A stretch of 64,000 bases of DNA from NCBI GenBank assembly GCA_038897215.1, contig JAWAWX010000001.1:64001-128000 (forward strand). Reading direction: 5' to 3'. The translations under genes and the position numbers were made by a program. Shown piece after piece: positions 47,817 to 57,936 of this stretch; positions within the stretch are counted from its first letter, which is position 1; each line of letters starts with the position of its first letter. The stretch comes from Acidilobaceae archaeon (GTDB lineage: Archaea; Thermoproteota; Thermoprotei_A; Sulfolobales; Acidilobaceae). The notes under the pieces were generated by a model. The model searched no databases and was not told the DNA's origin. It saw only the letters and a program-made list of their open reading frames with translations.

Positions 47817-48475
47817 TCATCGACACCCCCAGCCACCCTAGCCGCTATCCTGGCAGGTCTACCGCTGAGCACGTAAGCCTCCCCAGCTTCTCTCAAAGCC
47901 TCTAGGATGTCGTGAGAAGATGTGATCACGAGCTTGTCGGAAGCCACTCTCTTGATCAGACTCCAGATCTCTCTCCGAGCCGGGGGGTCGACGTTAGACG
48001 TGGGCTCGTCTAGTAGGAGTACTCGCGAGGGGGATACGAGAGCTCTAGCTATAGCCGCTCTCTTCCTCTCACCCCCCGAGAGAGTCCTAGGGTACCTCCA
48101 TGCTAGCTTATCTATCCCGACTTCTCTCAGAGCCTCTAGAGCAGCCTCTCTAGCTCTAGCCTTGCCGCGCCCCGAGACTATGAGGGGGAGCGCTACGTTA
48201 TCGACTACTGTAAGCCACGGTAGGAGCTCGTTATCCTGAGGCACGTAGAGAGCCTCGCCTCTCCTCAAAGGCCTCCCCTCCAGCTCCACGGAGCCTTCCT
48301 GGGGCTCGAGGAGTCCAGCTATGATCTTTAGTAGCGTTGACTTCCCGACTCCGTTAGGCCCCAGGATAGCCCAGAGACCCGGGCCTCTGAACTCTATCTC
48401 GAGACCGTCGAACAAGAGATCCAAGCCGTAGCCGAAGCGAAGCCCCCTCACTGTTAGTAGCACTCGAGAAAGCAC
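47771..48475 (-). CDS. NitT/TauT-family ABC ATPase
   Basis: GPNGVGKST, LLPWLTVVDNV, LSGGERKR, LLLDEP, LSGRPA. Confidence 0.9.
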   Translation of the reverse strand: MLSRVLLTVRGLRFGYGLDLLFDGLEIEFRGPGLWAILGPNGVGKSTLLKIIAGLLEPQEGSVELEGRPLRRGEALYVPQDNELLPWLTVVDNVALPLIVSGRGKARAREAALEALREVGIDKLAWRYPRTLSGGERKRAAIARALVSPSRVLLLDEPTSNVDPPARREIWSLIKRVASDKLVITSSHDILEALREAGEAYVLSGRPARIAARVAGGVDDCWRVVELARLYYGS

Positions 48476-48662
48476 CCCCGAGCCTGAGAGCCTGAGAGTG
48501 GTAAAAGCGGTTCAGATAGAGCCCACCTGGAGCTCGAGTAGAGACTCGACTTCGCCAAAACAGGCTTCAAGAAGGTCGAGTCAAGCGGTCGTAGAGCCTA
48601 GCTGGTCGCGTAGCTTAAATAGCCTTGAGAGCTGGCTTCTCCAAGTACTGAGGAGGCGTGTA

Positions 48663-49646
48663 TTGGCTAGAGTGTGGGCTTCTCCTCTAGGAGGCTATCC
48701 TAGGAGCAGGCTTGTGAGACGGGCTCTGAGAGACTTCGAGACCGGGCTGGTGAGCGTTGGGGAGCTCGAGTCCGTCCTCTACGGGGCCTCCTCGGCCATC
48801 ATTGGAGCCCAGCTGGCCTCTGGTCTAGATTACGTCGTTGACGGGATGCTAGACTGGCACGACTTCTTCAGACCATTCGTCTCAGTCTGGCGCAACGTCA
48901 CCTCCTCAGAGCTCCTGAGATACTTCGACAACAACTTCTTCTACAGAGTCCCGGTCTTCACAGACCTCCCCGAGGCTTCCGGTATGGTTTGGCCTCAGAG
49001 AGTCAGAGCATTCAAGCAGCTAGCTGAGCCAGCTGGCTTCAAAATAGTCCTACCAGGCCCCGTCACGTTTTCTTTGATGAGTAGAAACGCCTCCGGGAAG
49101 AGCTTCGAGGAGCTAGCCTACTCTATAGCCAAGCTTTTAGCTCGAGAGGCTAGAGCGTCGGCTGAAGCCGGGTGCTCTCTCATCCAGGTCGACGAGCCGA
49201 CTCTAAGCGACCCAGACGCTACCAGAGACCACGCTATACTGGCTAGCGAGCTGGTCTCCATGATAGCTCGTGAAGCGGGCTCCTCCAAGACTGTTCTAGC
49301 GGTCTACTTCGGAGCGCCAAAGCCAGAAGTCTACGAGCACCTCCTCTCAGCAAGAGTCTCCTGCCTCTCGCTCGACGTGGCGGACTCTCCTCGCGATGCC
49401 GTCAAGCTCATAGAGTCCAAGGGGTTTCCGGGTTTCTGCCCTGTTCTCGGCCTGGTCGACGCTAGAGTAGTCTACGACGATGACTTAGAGAAGCTAGCCG
49501 AGCTAGCAGCCAGGCTAGCGGGAGGAGCGGACGAGCTGGGATTGACTACCTCCACGTGGCTCGACCTGATACCCTATGAGTACAGCTTGAGGAAGACAAG
49601 GCTTCTGGGAGCTCTAGCTGAGAGAGTGAGGAGTCTCGCGAGGTGA
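48663..49646 (+). CDS. Cobalamin-independent methionine synthase, N-terminal-half homolog (split MetE)
   Basis: [37 protein letters not shown], no Zn ligands. TTG at 48663 after GGAGG. Confidence 0.85.
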   Translation: MARVWASPLGGYPRSRLVRRALRDFETGLVSVGELESVLYGASSAIIGAQLASGLDYVVDGMLDWHDFFRPFVSVWRNVTSSELLRYFDNNFFYRVPVFTDLPEASGMVWPQRVRAFKQLAEPAGFKIVLPGPVTFSLMSRNASGKSFEELAYSIAKLLAREARASAEAGCSLIQVDEPTLSDPDATRDHAILASELVSMIAREAGSSKTVLAVYFGAPKPEVYEHLLSARVSCLSLDVADSPRDAVKLIESKGFPGFCPVLGLVDARVVYDDDLEKLAELAARLAGGADELGLTTSTWLDLIPYEYSLRKTRLLGALAERVRSLAR

Positions 49647-50647
49647 GGAGCGTGGAGGAGTACGCTGTGCCCAAGAAGTTCCCCACGACTGTAGTTGGTA
49701 GCTACCCGAAGATGCCTGAGGCTGAGGAGGCTCTGAGAAGGAGGAGAGCTGGCTCGATAACAGAGGAGGAGTTCAGGTCTCTCGTTGAGAAGGCGATCAA
49801 GGCTGTGGTAGAGGACTATCTGTGGGCTGGCGTAGACATAATCAGCGATGGTGAGCAGAGCAGAGAAGACATGGTTGTGTTCTTCGCTGAAAACATCAGA
49901 GGATACGAGCCAGGCGACTGGGTCAGGGTATTCGATAACGTGTACTTCAGGAAGCCCGTGATAGCGTCTAAGCTCGAGTGGGTCAAGCCGATGACTGTGA
50001 GCGACTGGCTCTACGCCTCCTCGATATCACGAGGGAGACCAGTCAAGGCCATACTAACGGGGCCATACACTATGTACGAGTGGAGCTTCGACCTACACTA
50101 TAGAGACAGGAGGGAGGCCGTCCTAGAGCTAGCTAGGATACTCAGGAGAGAGGTAGAGGAGTACGTGAGGCTAGGAGCTCGCTACATCCAGGTAGACGAG
50201 CCAGCGCTCTCCACGAGGCCTACTAGAGAGGATGCTGAGCTCTTGAAGGAAGCGCTAGACGTGATGCTGAGAGGAGTCGAGGCTAAGAGGATACTCCACG
50301 TGTGCTACGGGAGGCTCGAGAGGATACTCCCCTACATACTAGACTATCCCGTAGACCAGTTCGACTTAGAGATGAAGAACAGCGGCTTCAGGCTCCTCAG
50401 GTACCTAAAGGAGTACGGCTACAACAAGGAGATCGGCTACGGTGTCGTAGACGTGCACTCAACTAGAGTAGAGACAGTGGCTGAGGTCAAGGAGGCTATA
50501 GACTTGTTGATGAAGGCAGACATAGTGGGCCCCGAGAAGGTCTACGTAGACCCGGACTGCGGGCTCAAGAGGCTCCCTAGAGGCATCGCTAGAGAGAAGC
50601 TCAGAGTAATGGCTGAAGCGGCTCGATTAGCTAGAGAAGAGTGGTGA
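49643..50647 (+). CDS. metE: Cobalamin-independent methionine synthase, catalytic half
   Basis: [36 protein letters not shown] and PDCGLK Zn ligands. Confidence 0.92.
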   Translation: MRSVEEYAVPKKFPTTVVGSYPKMPEAEEALRRRRAGSITEEEFRSLVEKAIKAVVEDYLWAGVDIISDGEQSREDMVVFFAENIRGYEPGDWVRVFDNVYFRKPVIASKLEWVKPMTVSDWLYASSISRGRPVKAILTGPYTMYEWSFDLHYRDRREAVLELARILRREVEEYVRLGARYIQVDEPALSTRPTREDAELLKEALDVMLRGVEAKRILHVCYGRLERILPYILDYPVDQFDLEMKNSGFRLLRYLKEYGYNKEIGYGVVDVHSTRVETVAEVKEAIDLLMKADIVGPEKVYVDPDCGLKRLPRGIAREKLRVMAEAARLAREEW

Positions 50648-51357
50648 GCGCTCTGAGGAGACTCTACGGGAGTCACTTGGTGGATGCTGACGAGTACAGG
50701 ATACAGCTAGACGAAGCGGGGGCTCTAGTAGTCGCCAGAGAGCAAGGCGACTTCATCAGAGTCTTCTACGAGAGCAAGTGGGGCTCGAGGAGCCTCGGCT
50801 TGATACCAGTGAGCATCTGGCCTCTCAGGCTAGACGTGAAGCCACACCCCCCGAGAGGGTGGAGGGTTCAGGTTAAGAGAGCCCTGGTGAGGCTGAGAGA
50901 GCCCCTCAATATGCTGAAAGGCTCCTACGCTCGGCTAGCGGTAGAGCTCCCCGTAGACCTGGGGGTCTACGTCAACGGGGCTCTCGCAGGATCTCTTCCA
51001 GTAGGTAGAGTCAAGTACGCTGTCTACGGCACTCCCGACCTGGGAGACCCCTGTAGGTACGTCGACTTCCGGATACTCGAGGAGATCCCCGGCTACCTGA
51101 GGGGGTCGCTGGTGGTAGACGTGCACTCCAGATTCGAGGAGGACTCCGTGCAGATAGCTAGAATAGTGGTCCCTACTCTAGGCCTCGGGTCTTACCTAGC
51201 TAGGGGGGAGAAGCCGGTGTTCAGCAGAGTCTCTCTAGAGGTTCACAGCAAGACCACGGGGCTCGTTAGAGCTAAGCGCGAGCCATCAGTGGAGGCCGAG
51301 GAGGAGGTGCTAGCCCTCCAGCCCGACAGCTTCTACTTGATGAGGTTCGGGTTCTAG
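50641..51357 (+). CDS. DUF432-like protein
   Basis: [16 protein letters not shown] motif, terminal YLMRFG, typical adjacency to MscS. Confidence 0.75.
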   Translation: MVSALRRLYGSHLVDADEYRIQLDEAGALVVAREQGDFIRVFYESKWGSRSLGLIPVSIWPLRLDVKPHPPRGWRVQVKRALVRLREPLNMLKGSYARLAVELPVDLGVYVNGALAGSLPVGRVKYAVYGTPDLGDPCRYVDFRILEEIPGYLRGSLVVDVHSRFEEDSVQIARIVVPTLGLGSYLARGEKPVFSRVSLEVHSKTTGLVRAKREPSVEAEEEVLALQPDSFYLMRFGF

Positions 51358-51372
51358 CGTGGTCTGAGAGCC

Positions 51373-52242
51373 ATGGCTGAAAGCTGGCTCGCGGGAGCTC
51401 TCACGTCTCTAGCTGCATGGGCTAGCGGAGCGCTCAGAGAGTACATGTTCTACTTCGTGGCGCTAGCGGTCTTCCTCGCCTCACTGTACCTCTCGGGCTA
51501 CGTGGCTCACAAGATCATGAAGAGCCACTCTCTCAGAACCACTCTCAGACCAGAGGTCCTGTACAACGCTGCTCTAGCAGCCCGGCTCGCTGTCATAATC
51601 CTCGGGGCGCTCCTAGCCTTATCGATAGCCGGAGTGGACCTAGGCAATCTACTGCTGGCAGCGGGCATCCTGGGCATAGTGATAGGACTCGCTGCTCAGC
51701 AGACTCTAGGCAACCTGTTCGCCGGGATAGCTCTACTGCTAGAGGGCAGGATCAGGGTGGGGGACACTGTTAGAATAGGGAACGATATGGGGGTCGTGAG
51801 AGCAATAGGGCTCATGTCGAGCCAGATAAGGCTGCTCAGCGGGGAGCTCTTAACGCTACCCAACAGCATCCTGATGAACTCACAGCTCTACAGCATAAGC
51901 GCCCCCATAGCCAGAAGGGGGGAGGTGCAGATCGGCGTGTCCTACGAGACCGATGTAGACAAGGCTCTAGACGTCATAAGGAGAGCCCTCTGGGATAACG
52001 AGCTCGTGTTCGTCGAGCCAGAGCCAATGCTCATCGTGGAGAACGTGGGAGATTCGGTGGTAAACATAAGGGTCCTCTACTGGGCTCCGGCCAGAGAGTT
52101 CTTCGCCGTCAGGAGCACCATACTGAGAGACTTGAAGAAGTCCCTCGAAGCAGAAGGGATAGAGATACCCTACCCACGCAGAGTAGTCGTTGTCAGAGAG
52201 GGCCGCTCGACTGCTCCAACAGTAGCTGGGGGAGGAGACTAG
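51373..52242 (+). CDS. mscS: Small-conductance mechanosensitive channel
   Basis: GLAAQQTLGNLFAG, GDTV, LPNS, GIEIPYP. Confidence 0.93.
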   Translation: MAESWLAGALTSLAAWASGALREYMFYFVALAVFLASLYLSGYVAHKIMKSHSLRTTLRPEVLYNAALAARLAVIILGALLALSIAGVDLGNLLLAAGILGIVIGLAAQQTLGNLFAGIALLLEGRIRVGDTVRIGNDMGVVRAIGLMSSQIRLLSGELLTLPNSILMNSQLYSISAPIARRGEVQIGVSYETDVDKALDVIRRALWDNELVFVEPEPMLIVENVGDSVVNIRVLYWAPAREFFAVRSTILRDLKKSLEAEGIEIPYPRRVVVVREGRSTAPTVAGGGD

Positions 52243-52736
52243 CCCAAGACCCTCTTAGCTATAGCGTAGCCCGTTGCCAGCGATAGCAGCCCGAGAACCA
52301 CCTCCGGTCTGGCGGCCTCTAGGAGAGCGCCCCCGAGCCCTCCCCCGTCCTCCTCCGCTCCACCGCTAGCCGCCTCGAGCGCGACGGAGGCGAGCCCCGC
52401 GATGCCAGCCGCCGTGTACGATACCAGGAGCGCTGCGGCTAGAGCCACGCCAACGACCGCGTAGCCCACGCTCTCTGCTCTCGACCTCTTCAACACGGCC
52501 TTAGCGTAGAGACCGGCCACGGTAGCGCAGGCTAGCGCATCGAAGAGCCCGGGGCTCCAGTAGACTCCCAGAGCCTCGCGGTCGAGAAGCCCGGCTACGG
52601 TAGACGCTAGCGACGTGGCGGCAACTAGAGCGTAGAGCAGAGCTAGAGCGGCTATCGCGGCATGTATGTCTCTGCTCCTAGCCCAGGTCTCGACGTCTCT
52701 CTGGTCTAGGTAGAGTCTGCGCCTAGCCATCTTCAA
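52239..52736 (-). CDS. Hypothetical membrane protein coupled to feoB
   Basis: 3-4 hydrophobic segments, TTGA overlap with the feoB stop. Confidence 0.65.
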   Translation of the reverse strand: MKMARRRLYLDQRDVETWARSRDIHAAIAALALLYALVAATSLASTVAGLLDREALGVYWSPGLFDALACATVAGLYAKAVLKRSRAESVGYAVVGVALAAALLVSYTAAGIAGLASVALEAASGGAEEDGGGLGGALLEAARPEVVLGLLSLATGYAIAKRVLG

Positions 52737-54724
52737 GCCACCATTGCTCTAGCCACAGCGTAGACCAGGAGGGAGACCGAGTAGGCTACGAGCAGCGAGA
52801 GCGCTATGGAGAAGAGAGCCCACTTCACGGACCTGGTCTCACTCCAGATAGCTGCCACGGTCGCGACGCAGGGAGTGTAGAGGAGGACGAAGGTCATGAA
52901 AGCAAGCCCCACAGCCGGGTCCATGGCTTCTCTCAAGCCCTCTATGACCCCCTCTTCTCCCACTCCTAGTATCACTGCTAGAGCCGCTACCACCACTTCC
53001 TTGGCTAGAAAGCCTGAGACGAGAGCTAGAACGAGTCTCCAGTCGAAGCCCAGAGGAGCGAAGAGAGGCTCGAGGACTGAGGCTAGCCTAGCTCCTAGAG
53101 AGCTCTCGACGGTACCCCCCTCTGGGACGCCTACGCTTAGGAGAGCCCACACTCCAACGGAGGCTAGTACGATGAGTGTCCCAGCTTTCTTCAGAAAGTC
53201 GGCCGTCCTGTCTACCACGAAGTTCTTAACGTTGACGATAGCGGGTAGAGTGTACTCGGGGAGCTCTACCACGAGAGGCCGCAGGCCTCCCGATAGCAGA
53301 GTCCTCCTCAAGCCAGCAGCTACTCCGAGAACTACGAGGAACGATAGGAGATACATTAGAGCAACAGGAGCCAGAGAGCCTCCTAGAACAGCGAACGACA
53401 CAGCCACGTAGACCGGGAGTCTGGCGGGGCAGGAGACGAAGGGAGCGGCTAGGATAGCGGCCAGTCTCTCTCTAGCATCGGGGATCACTCTAGCCGCCTT
53501 GACCCCCACCACGTTGCAGCCAAGGCAGACGGCTAGAGGTAGAGTAGACCTGCCGGAGAGCCCCGCTCTAGAGGCTATAGGGTCTAGGAGCCCCGAGACT
53601 CTAGCCATGTACCCGCTATCGTCGACCACGGCTAGTCCTAGGAAGAAGAAGACGAGAACAGGAAGGAGCGCTAGAACAGCCCCCACGCCTGGGAGGACTC
53701 CCTCGACTATGAGCATCGACAGAGCGCTCTCTGGGAGAGCCTCTGCTAGAGCCTCAGCTAGACTCGCTACAGCGGAGTCAGCGAGCTCAACAAGAGGCTC
53801 GGAGGCTCTGAAAGCGAAGACGAAGAGAGCCCAGAAGACTGTCAACAGTACGGGGACTGCTAGATGCTTGTCTAGGACAGCCGCGTCCACCAGGTCCGAG
53901 AGTCTTCTGAGCGGTGCGGCTCTACGCTTCTCTACTCTAGACGCTATAGAGCTCGCCAAGTCAAGCCTAGCCTTGGAGACTACTAGAGAGCAGTCGCCCC
54001 CACACTCTAGCCTAGCTTCCTCCAGCTCCCTCTTGACCCTCGAGGCTCCGGTCTTCTCGACGACGCTTAGAGAGTACGGGTCGTTCTCCAGTAGCCCTAC
54101 AGCAAGCCTCCTAGAGGAGAGAGACCCGAGGCTCTCCTCCGACTTGACAGCGGCCTCTAGCTTCTCCACAAGCTCCCCGGCTAGCCCACTGTACCTCGGT
54201 GGCGCTGGCTTCTCTCCTCTCTCGTAGGCGTCGATGATAGCGTCTAGGAGCTCTCGCAACCCTAGAGCTTTCGTAGCCACCATCGGCACGACTGGACACG
54301 ATAGGAGTCTAGAGAGCTCCCAGTGGTCGACCTCGACTCCCAAGCCCTCAGCTAAGTCTATCTTGTTTAGAGCCACTACTAGCTTATGGCCTGCTTCTAG
54401 TAGCTGTAGCGCTAGATAGACGCTCTTCTCTAGATTCGTGGCGTCGAAGACAGCGACTACGACGTCCGGCTTCTCCTCGACCAAGAACCTGGCGGCAACC
54501 TCCTGCTCCGGGCTCCAGGCGGTCAGAGAGTAAGCTCCCGGGAGGTCTACGACCTCCAGCCTATAGCCTCTATGCCACCTGTACCCTACTCTCTTCTCCA
54601 CAGTAGTCCCGGGCCAGTTAGAGACTCTAGCTCTAGCCCCCGTGATCAGATTGAATATGAGGGTCTTCCCAGCATTGGGTACTCCAGCGAGCGCGACGCG
54701 CACGAGTTTAGAAGTCTCGCTCAA
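52733..54724 (-). CDS. feoB: Ferrous iron transporter B
   Basis: GVPNAGKT, NWPGTTVE, DLPG, NKID, SGYMAR, GCNV, SCPARL, YTPC. Confidence 0.96.
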   Translation of the reverse strand: MSETSKLVRVALAGVPNAGKTLIFNLITGARARVSNWPGTTVEKRVGYRWHRGYRLEVVDLPGAYSLTAWSPEQEVAARFLVEEKPDVVVAVFDATNLEKSVYLALQLLEAGHKLVVALNKIDLAEGLGVEVDHWELSRLLSCPVVPMVATKALGLRELLDAIIDAYERGEKPAPPRYSGLAGELVEKLEAAVKSEESLGSLSSRRLAVGLLENDPYSLSVVEKTGASRVKRELEEARLECGGDCSLVVSKARLDLASSIASRVEKRRAAPLRRLSDLVDAAVLDKHLAVPVLLTVFWALFVFAFRASEPLVELADSAVASLAEALAEALPESALSMLIVEGVLPGVGAVLALLPVLVFFFLGLAVVDDSGYMARVSGLLDPIASRAGLSGRSTLPLAVCLGCNVVGVKAARVIPDARERLAAILAAPFVSCPARLPVYVAVSFAVLGGSLAPVALMYLLSFLVVLGVAAGLRRTLLSGGLRPLVVELPEYTLPAIVNVKNFVVDRTADFLKKAGTLIVLASVGVWALLSVGVPEGGTVESSLGARLASVLEPLFAPLGFDWRLVLALVSGFLAKEVVVAALAVILGVGEEGVIEGLREAMDPAVGLAFMTFVLLYTPCVATVAAIWSETRSVKWALFSIALSLLVAYSVSLLVYAVARAMVA

Positions 54725-54730
54725 CTTCTC

Positions 54731-54949
54731 TCAATCCTCTACGATAACGTGCTCAGCTACCTCTCTGCTGAGGCAGAGCTTGGAGCCCCCGACTGAGACA
54801 ACTACCACGCTCCCTTTCAGCAAGACTTCTACCGCTCTGCCCGGAGCTAGGCCCATCTCGCACAAGAGTCTCTTCTCTCCGTTTCCACACTTAACGTTAA
54901 CTATTCTCACAACTCGCCCCTCCTCGATGTCAGCCAGCTTTCTAGCCAC
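54731..54949 (-). CDS. feoA: Ferrous iron transport protein A
   Basis: SH3-like RLLCEMGLAPG, directly upstream of feoB. Confidence 0.9.
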   Translation of the reverse strand: MARKLADIEEGRVVRIVNVKCGNGEKRLLCEMGLAPGRAVEVLLKGSVVVVSVGGSKLCLSREVAEHVIVED

Positions 54950-54975
54950 GGGTACTCCCCGGTTGTGGTATTAGT

Positions 54976-55009
54976 CGTTAGGCATTATTTATAGGTTAGC
55001 CTAACGAAA
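54976..55009. promoter_or_regulatory. DtxR/IdeR-type operator overlapping the feoAB TATA/BRE region
   Basis: ATAGGTTAGCCTAACGAAA (54991-55009) matches TTAGGTTAGCCTAACCTAA at 16/19. Inverted repeat CGTTAGGC...GCCTAACG brackets the minus-strand TATAAATAA. Confidence 0.72.
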
Positions 55010-55148
55010 TTTTTTTCGCTACATCTAAATCTCTAGTAGCAGTAGCGCAGTGAGAGCGAAACATACCCTAAAGCTATTAGCTTCTAGAACTTAGCTCAAG
55101 CTTTAAAATTCGAGAGCCCCCTAGGCGGCTAGCGGGGTGTAAGCAGAG

Positions 55149-55439
55149 ATGTCTCTAAGACTCAAAGATAAGCTCGAGGCTGCTGTGAGGAGGTATAACG
55201 AGCTCAGAGCTCCCGAAGCCGTAGCTGAGGTTGTAGAGGTCGATAGAGGCAGAGTCTACGTAGTCTTCAGCGGGAGATTCTGCCACACTTGTGGAGTCGT
55301 AGACTGGATAGAGGACCTAGCTTACGTGATGGAGGAGGAGGGTCTTAGAGCTAGGCTCGTAGACGTCCTGGAGCCCGAGGATGCTAGCGAAGACTACAGA
55401 GTGGGGGTCTTCGAGGTCGAGGAGCTAGAGTCCGAGTAG
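55149..55439 (+). CDS. Small CxxC protein resembling the NifU/Nfu C-terminal domain
   Basis: EVVEVDRGRVYVVFSGRFCHTCG. Confidence 0.7.
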   Translation: MSLRLKDKLEAAVRRYNELRAPEAVAEVVEVDRGRVYVVFSGRFCHTCGVVDWIEDLAYVMEEEGLRARLVDVLEPEDASEDYRVGVFEVEELESE

Positions 55440-56609
55440 CTCTGCTATGATGTCGACGTACTTGAACCCCATGTCTGGAAGCACTAGCACCACGTCTCCG
55501 CCGCTCAGCTCTCCTCTCTCGAGAACCTCCTTGTATGCTCTCACAACAGCCCCGCTACTGAGCCCCACGAAGACCCCCTCTTTTCTAGCTAGCTCTACGC
55601 TCTCTCTCGCGGCCTCTTCTGCTCCGACTTCTACTACGCCGTCGAGCTCAGCGTACTTCACCCACTTCATCCCACTCTCTACTCTCCTTATGCCCTGTAT
55701 TGCTTCACCCTCTCTCGGTACTGCTCCGTAAACTCGAACTCCTCTCCATCTGCTCTTGAAGTATATGCTTATAGCCGAGAGGTGCCCCGATGTGCCGAGA
55801 CCTCCGAAGACTGCAGTGACGCGGAGCCCGCTTCTCCTAGCCTGCAGGTCTAGCTCTTTCGCTGTGTATCTGAGGTGAACCTCTAGGTTGGCGTCGTTCT
55901 CAAACTGGTTCAGGTTGACCGCTCCCAGTCTTCTAGCCTCCTCCACGACCTCTCTCAGTATCTCGACTGTCAGTTGCTTCTCTGACCTCACGACCTCAGC
56001 GCCGAAGATCTTGAGTAGCATCTCGCCGGTCTTCGAGACGCTCTGTGGGATGAAGGCTCTCAGCTTAGAGCCGTAGAGAGCACACATCGCGGCTACAGCT
56101 AGACCCGTGTTGGTCGACGTGGCCTCCACTACCAGCTTAGGGGGCTCGCCGCGCTCCTCCACGGCTCGCCTGAACATGAGCCAGCCTACTCTATCCTTGA
56201 CGCTCATACCCCACGGGTTGAAGCCTTCCAGCTTACCCCAGACTCTCACTGAGCCTCTCTCGAGACTCTTGAGCCTGACGAGGGGAGTAGGCCACCCTCT
56301 ATAGAGGAGTTCTTCAGTGCTCCAGAAGACTCTAAGCGGGTCTCCTAAGACCTCATCGTAGAACCCTAGCTCTTCGAGCTCGTAGAATACCCTTTCTGGA
56401 GAGTAGAACGACACAGGAACCCTCCTAGCTCCCAGCTTTAAGAGAGTACTGCAGAGAGCCTGATTCTCCACAACTCTGAGCCCCGAGTCTACAGCTACAG
56501 TCTCCTCGACGCCGCCAGCACTCAAGACTCTTCTAGCGGTCTCCACGAAGACGTCTAAGTCGATAGTAGCGGGGCAGTCGAGCTTCTCGACTTCAACAAG
56601 CAAAGCCAC
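55425..56609 (-). CDS. cysO: Cysteine synthase, Aeropyrum CysO-type (O-phosphoserine sulfhydrylase) with N-terminal extension
   Basis: PTPLVRL, KLEGFNP, SVKDR, NQFENDAN, LGTSGH, IQGIRRVESGM, PDMGFKY. Confidence 0.88.
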   Translation of the reverse strand: MALLVEVEKLDCPATIDLDVFVETARRVLSAGGVEETVAVDSGLRVVENQALCSTLLKLGARRVPVSFYSPERVFYELEELGFYDEVLGDPLRVFWSTEELLYRGWPTPLVRLKSLERGSVRVWGKLEGFNPWGMSVKDRVGWLMFRRAVEERGEPPKLVVEATSTNTGLAVAAMCALYGSKLRAFIPQSVSKTGEMLLKIFGAEVVRSEKQLTVEILREVVEEARRLGAVNLNQFENDANLEVHLRYTAKELDLQARRSGLRVTAVFGGLGTSGHLSAISIYFKSRWRGVRVYGAVPREGEAIQGIRRVESGMKWVKYAELDGVVEVGAEEAARESVELARKEGVFVGLSSGAVVRAYKEVLERGELSGGDVVLVLPDMGFKYVDIIAELLGL

Positions 56610-56830
56610 TGCAGAACCCCCTCATAGGCTCAAGCTCCGGAAGCCTAAAATCGGAAGGAGCGATCGCCTACGCGAGCCCCCAGTCCAGTATAGTATTTAT
56701 CCAGGTGTAGTAGAGAGTAGCGGAGAGTGAGAAGAGACCCTCTATACCGGTGAGAGGGCTTCAGCTAGGAGTATAGCTAGCACAAATATAATCCTTCCTT
56801 AACGAATAACCTTACACTCTGGGGAGAGCT

Positions 56831-57298
56831 ATGGAGGCTAGTGAGGCCACTATTGTAGAGAAGATCGCGAGCTTGATGAAGGAGAGAGGGTTTAGAGCTA
56901 CGCCTCAGAGAGTAATGATAGCTAAGCTCATAGTAGAGAATGTAGCGAGCCACCCATCGTTGAAAGAACTCCACGAGATGGCGAGCAAGGTGCTACCGGG
57001 TGTGGGAGTATCTACGGTATACAACACTATAGTGATGCTGGAGTCCATGAATTTGATTAAGACCTTCTACGTAGAAGGCAGACTCCACGTAGACAAATTC
57101 GAGACTCATCTCAACATCTACTGTAAAGATGAGGGGAGGATCTTGGACCTCGAGGGGGAGGCTGGAGAGGAGATAGTGGGAGTGCTGAGAAAACACGGAG
57201 TCATCATCGAGAACCCCGTGATACTAGTAACGGGTAAGTGCAAGCCATCCTCAGCTTCTGAGAGCTCTCCTAGCGTCGAGTTCTACGAGGAAGGCTAG
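56831..57298 (+). CDS. fur: Fur family transcriptional regulator
   Basis: RATPQR, HPS, STVYNTI, HLNIYC. Confidence 0.88.
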   Translation: MEASEATIVEKIASLMKERGFRATPQRVMIAKLIVENVASHPSLKELHEMASKVLPGVGVSTVYNTIVMLESMNLIKTFYVEGRLHVDKFETHLNIYCKDEGRILDLEGEAGEEIVGVLRKHGVIIENPVILVTGKCKPSSASESSPSVEFYEEG

Positions 57299-57859
57299 GG
57301 TATCGTCTACCAGCCTTCTAGCAGCATCAACCTTCCGCCTCACTCCAGGGATTAGAGCATCAGGGTAGTCTAGCTGCTGGAGAGCCTCTAGTATCGCCTC
57401 CATCCACTCAGCCAGCCTCCAAGCCTCACTGAAGTCTCCCCTCTTGACTGCTAGAAGAGAGAGTCTTCGGAGCTCTCCCACGGCATCGGCTACCCCCTGG
57501 AGGTATGGAACGGGGGGCACTAGGAGCTCCTCATGGCTCTCAATATCGCTCCCTTCAGCTATCTTGAGGACTATCGATGCCTCCACGTACTCGCAGAGAG
57601 CGTTGTAGACTAGCCCGGTGTAGAGCAGGTCGGGGTATGGCTCAAGCCTCTCTACTAGCTCAGCGACAGTCCTCTTCAAAGCCCCCCATGTCTCTCTAGC
57701 TTTAGCGATATCCCTCTCTCTAACGTGCTTGAGAACTCTCTTGGATAGCCTCACTATCTCTCTAGAGGCTCTAATGGCGTCTTCTCTCACAGCATCTCTC
57801 TCATCGAGATAAGAGGCTATCCTGGTTATGGCATCGAATAGCTTGCCGCGCGCAGCCAT
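57251..57859 (-). CDS. Translin/Trax family RNase (archaeal C3PO-like)
   Basis: EYVEA, YLQGVADAVGELRR, RRKVD. Confidence 0.88.
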   Translation of the reverse strand: MAARGKLFDAITRIASYLDERDAVREDAIRASREIVRLSKRVLKHVRERDIAKARETWGALKRTVAELVERLEPYPDLLYTGLVYNALCEYVEASIVLKIAEGSDIESHEELLVPPVPYLQGVADAVGELRRLSLLAVKRGDFSEAWRLAEWMEAILEALQQLDYPDALIPGVRRKVDAARRLVDDTLAFLVELDARRALRS

Positions 57860-57936
57860 CAGCTCTCTCCTCCAAGCCTCGCTGACTCTCGAGCTTAAAG
57901 CTCTAGGCTCACTCTTAGGGAGAGCGGGCGGTTCTC

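Noticed and set aside
52896-54227. Long antisense ORFs opposite feoB (similar ones lie opposite cdc48 and other genes)
   Set aside because: Ser/Thr/Ala-rich shadows of the sense-strand codon bias with no motifs.
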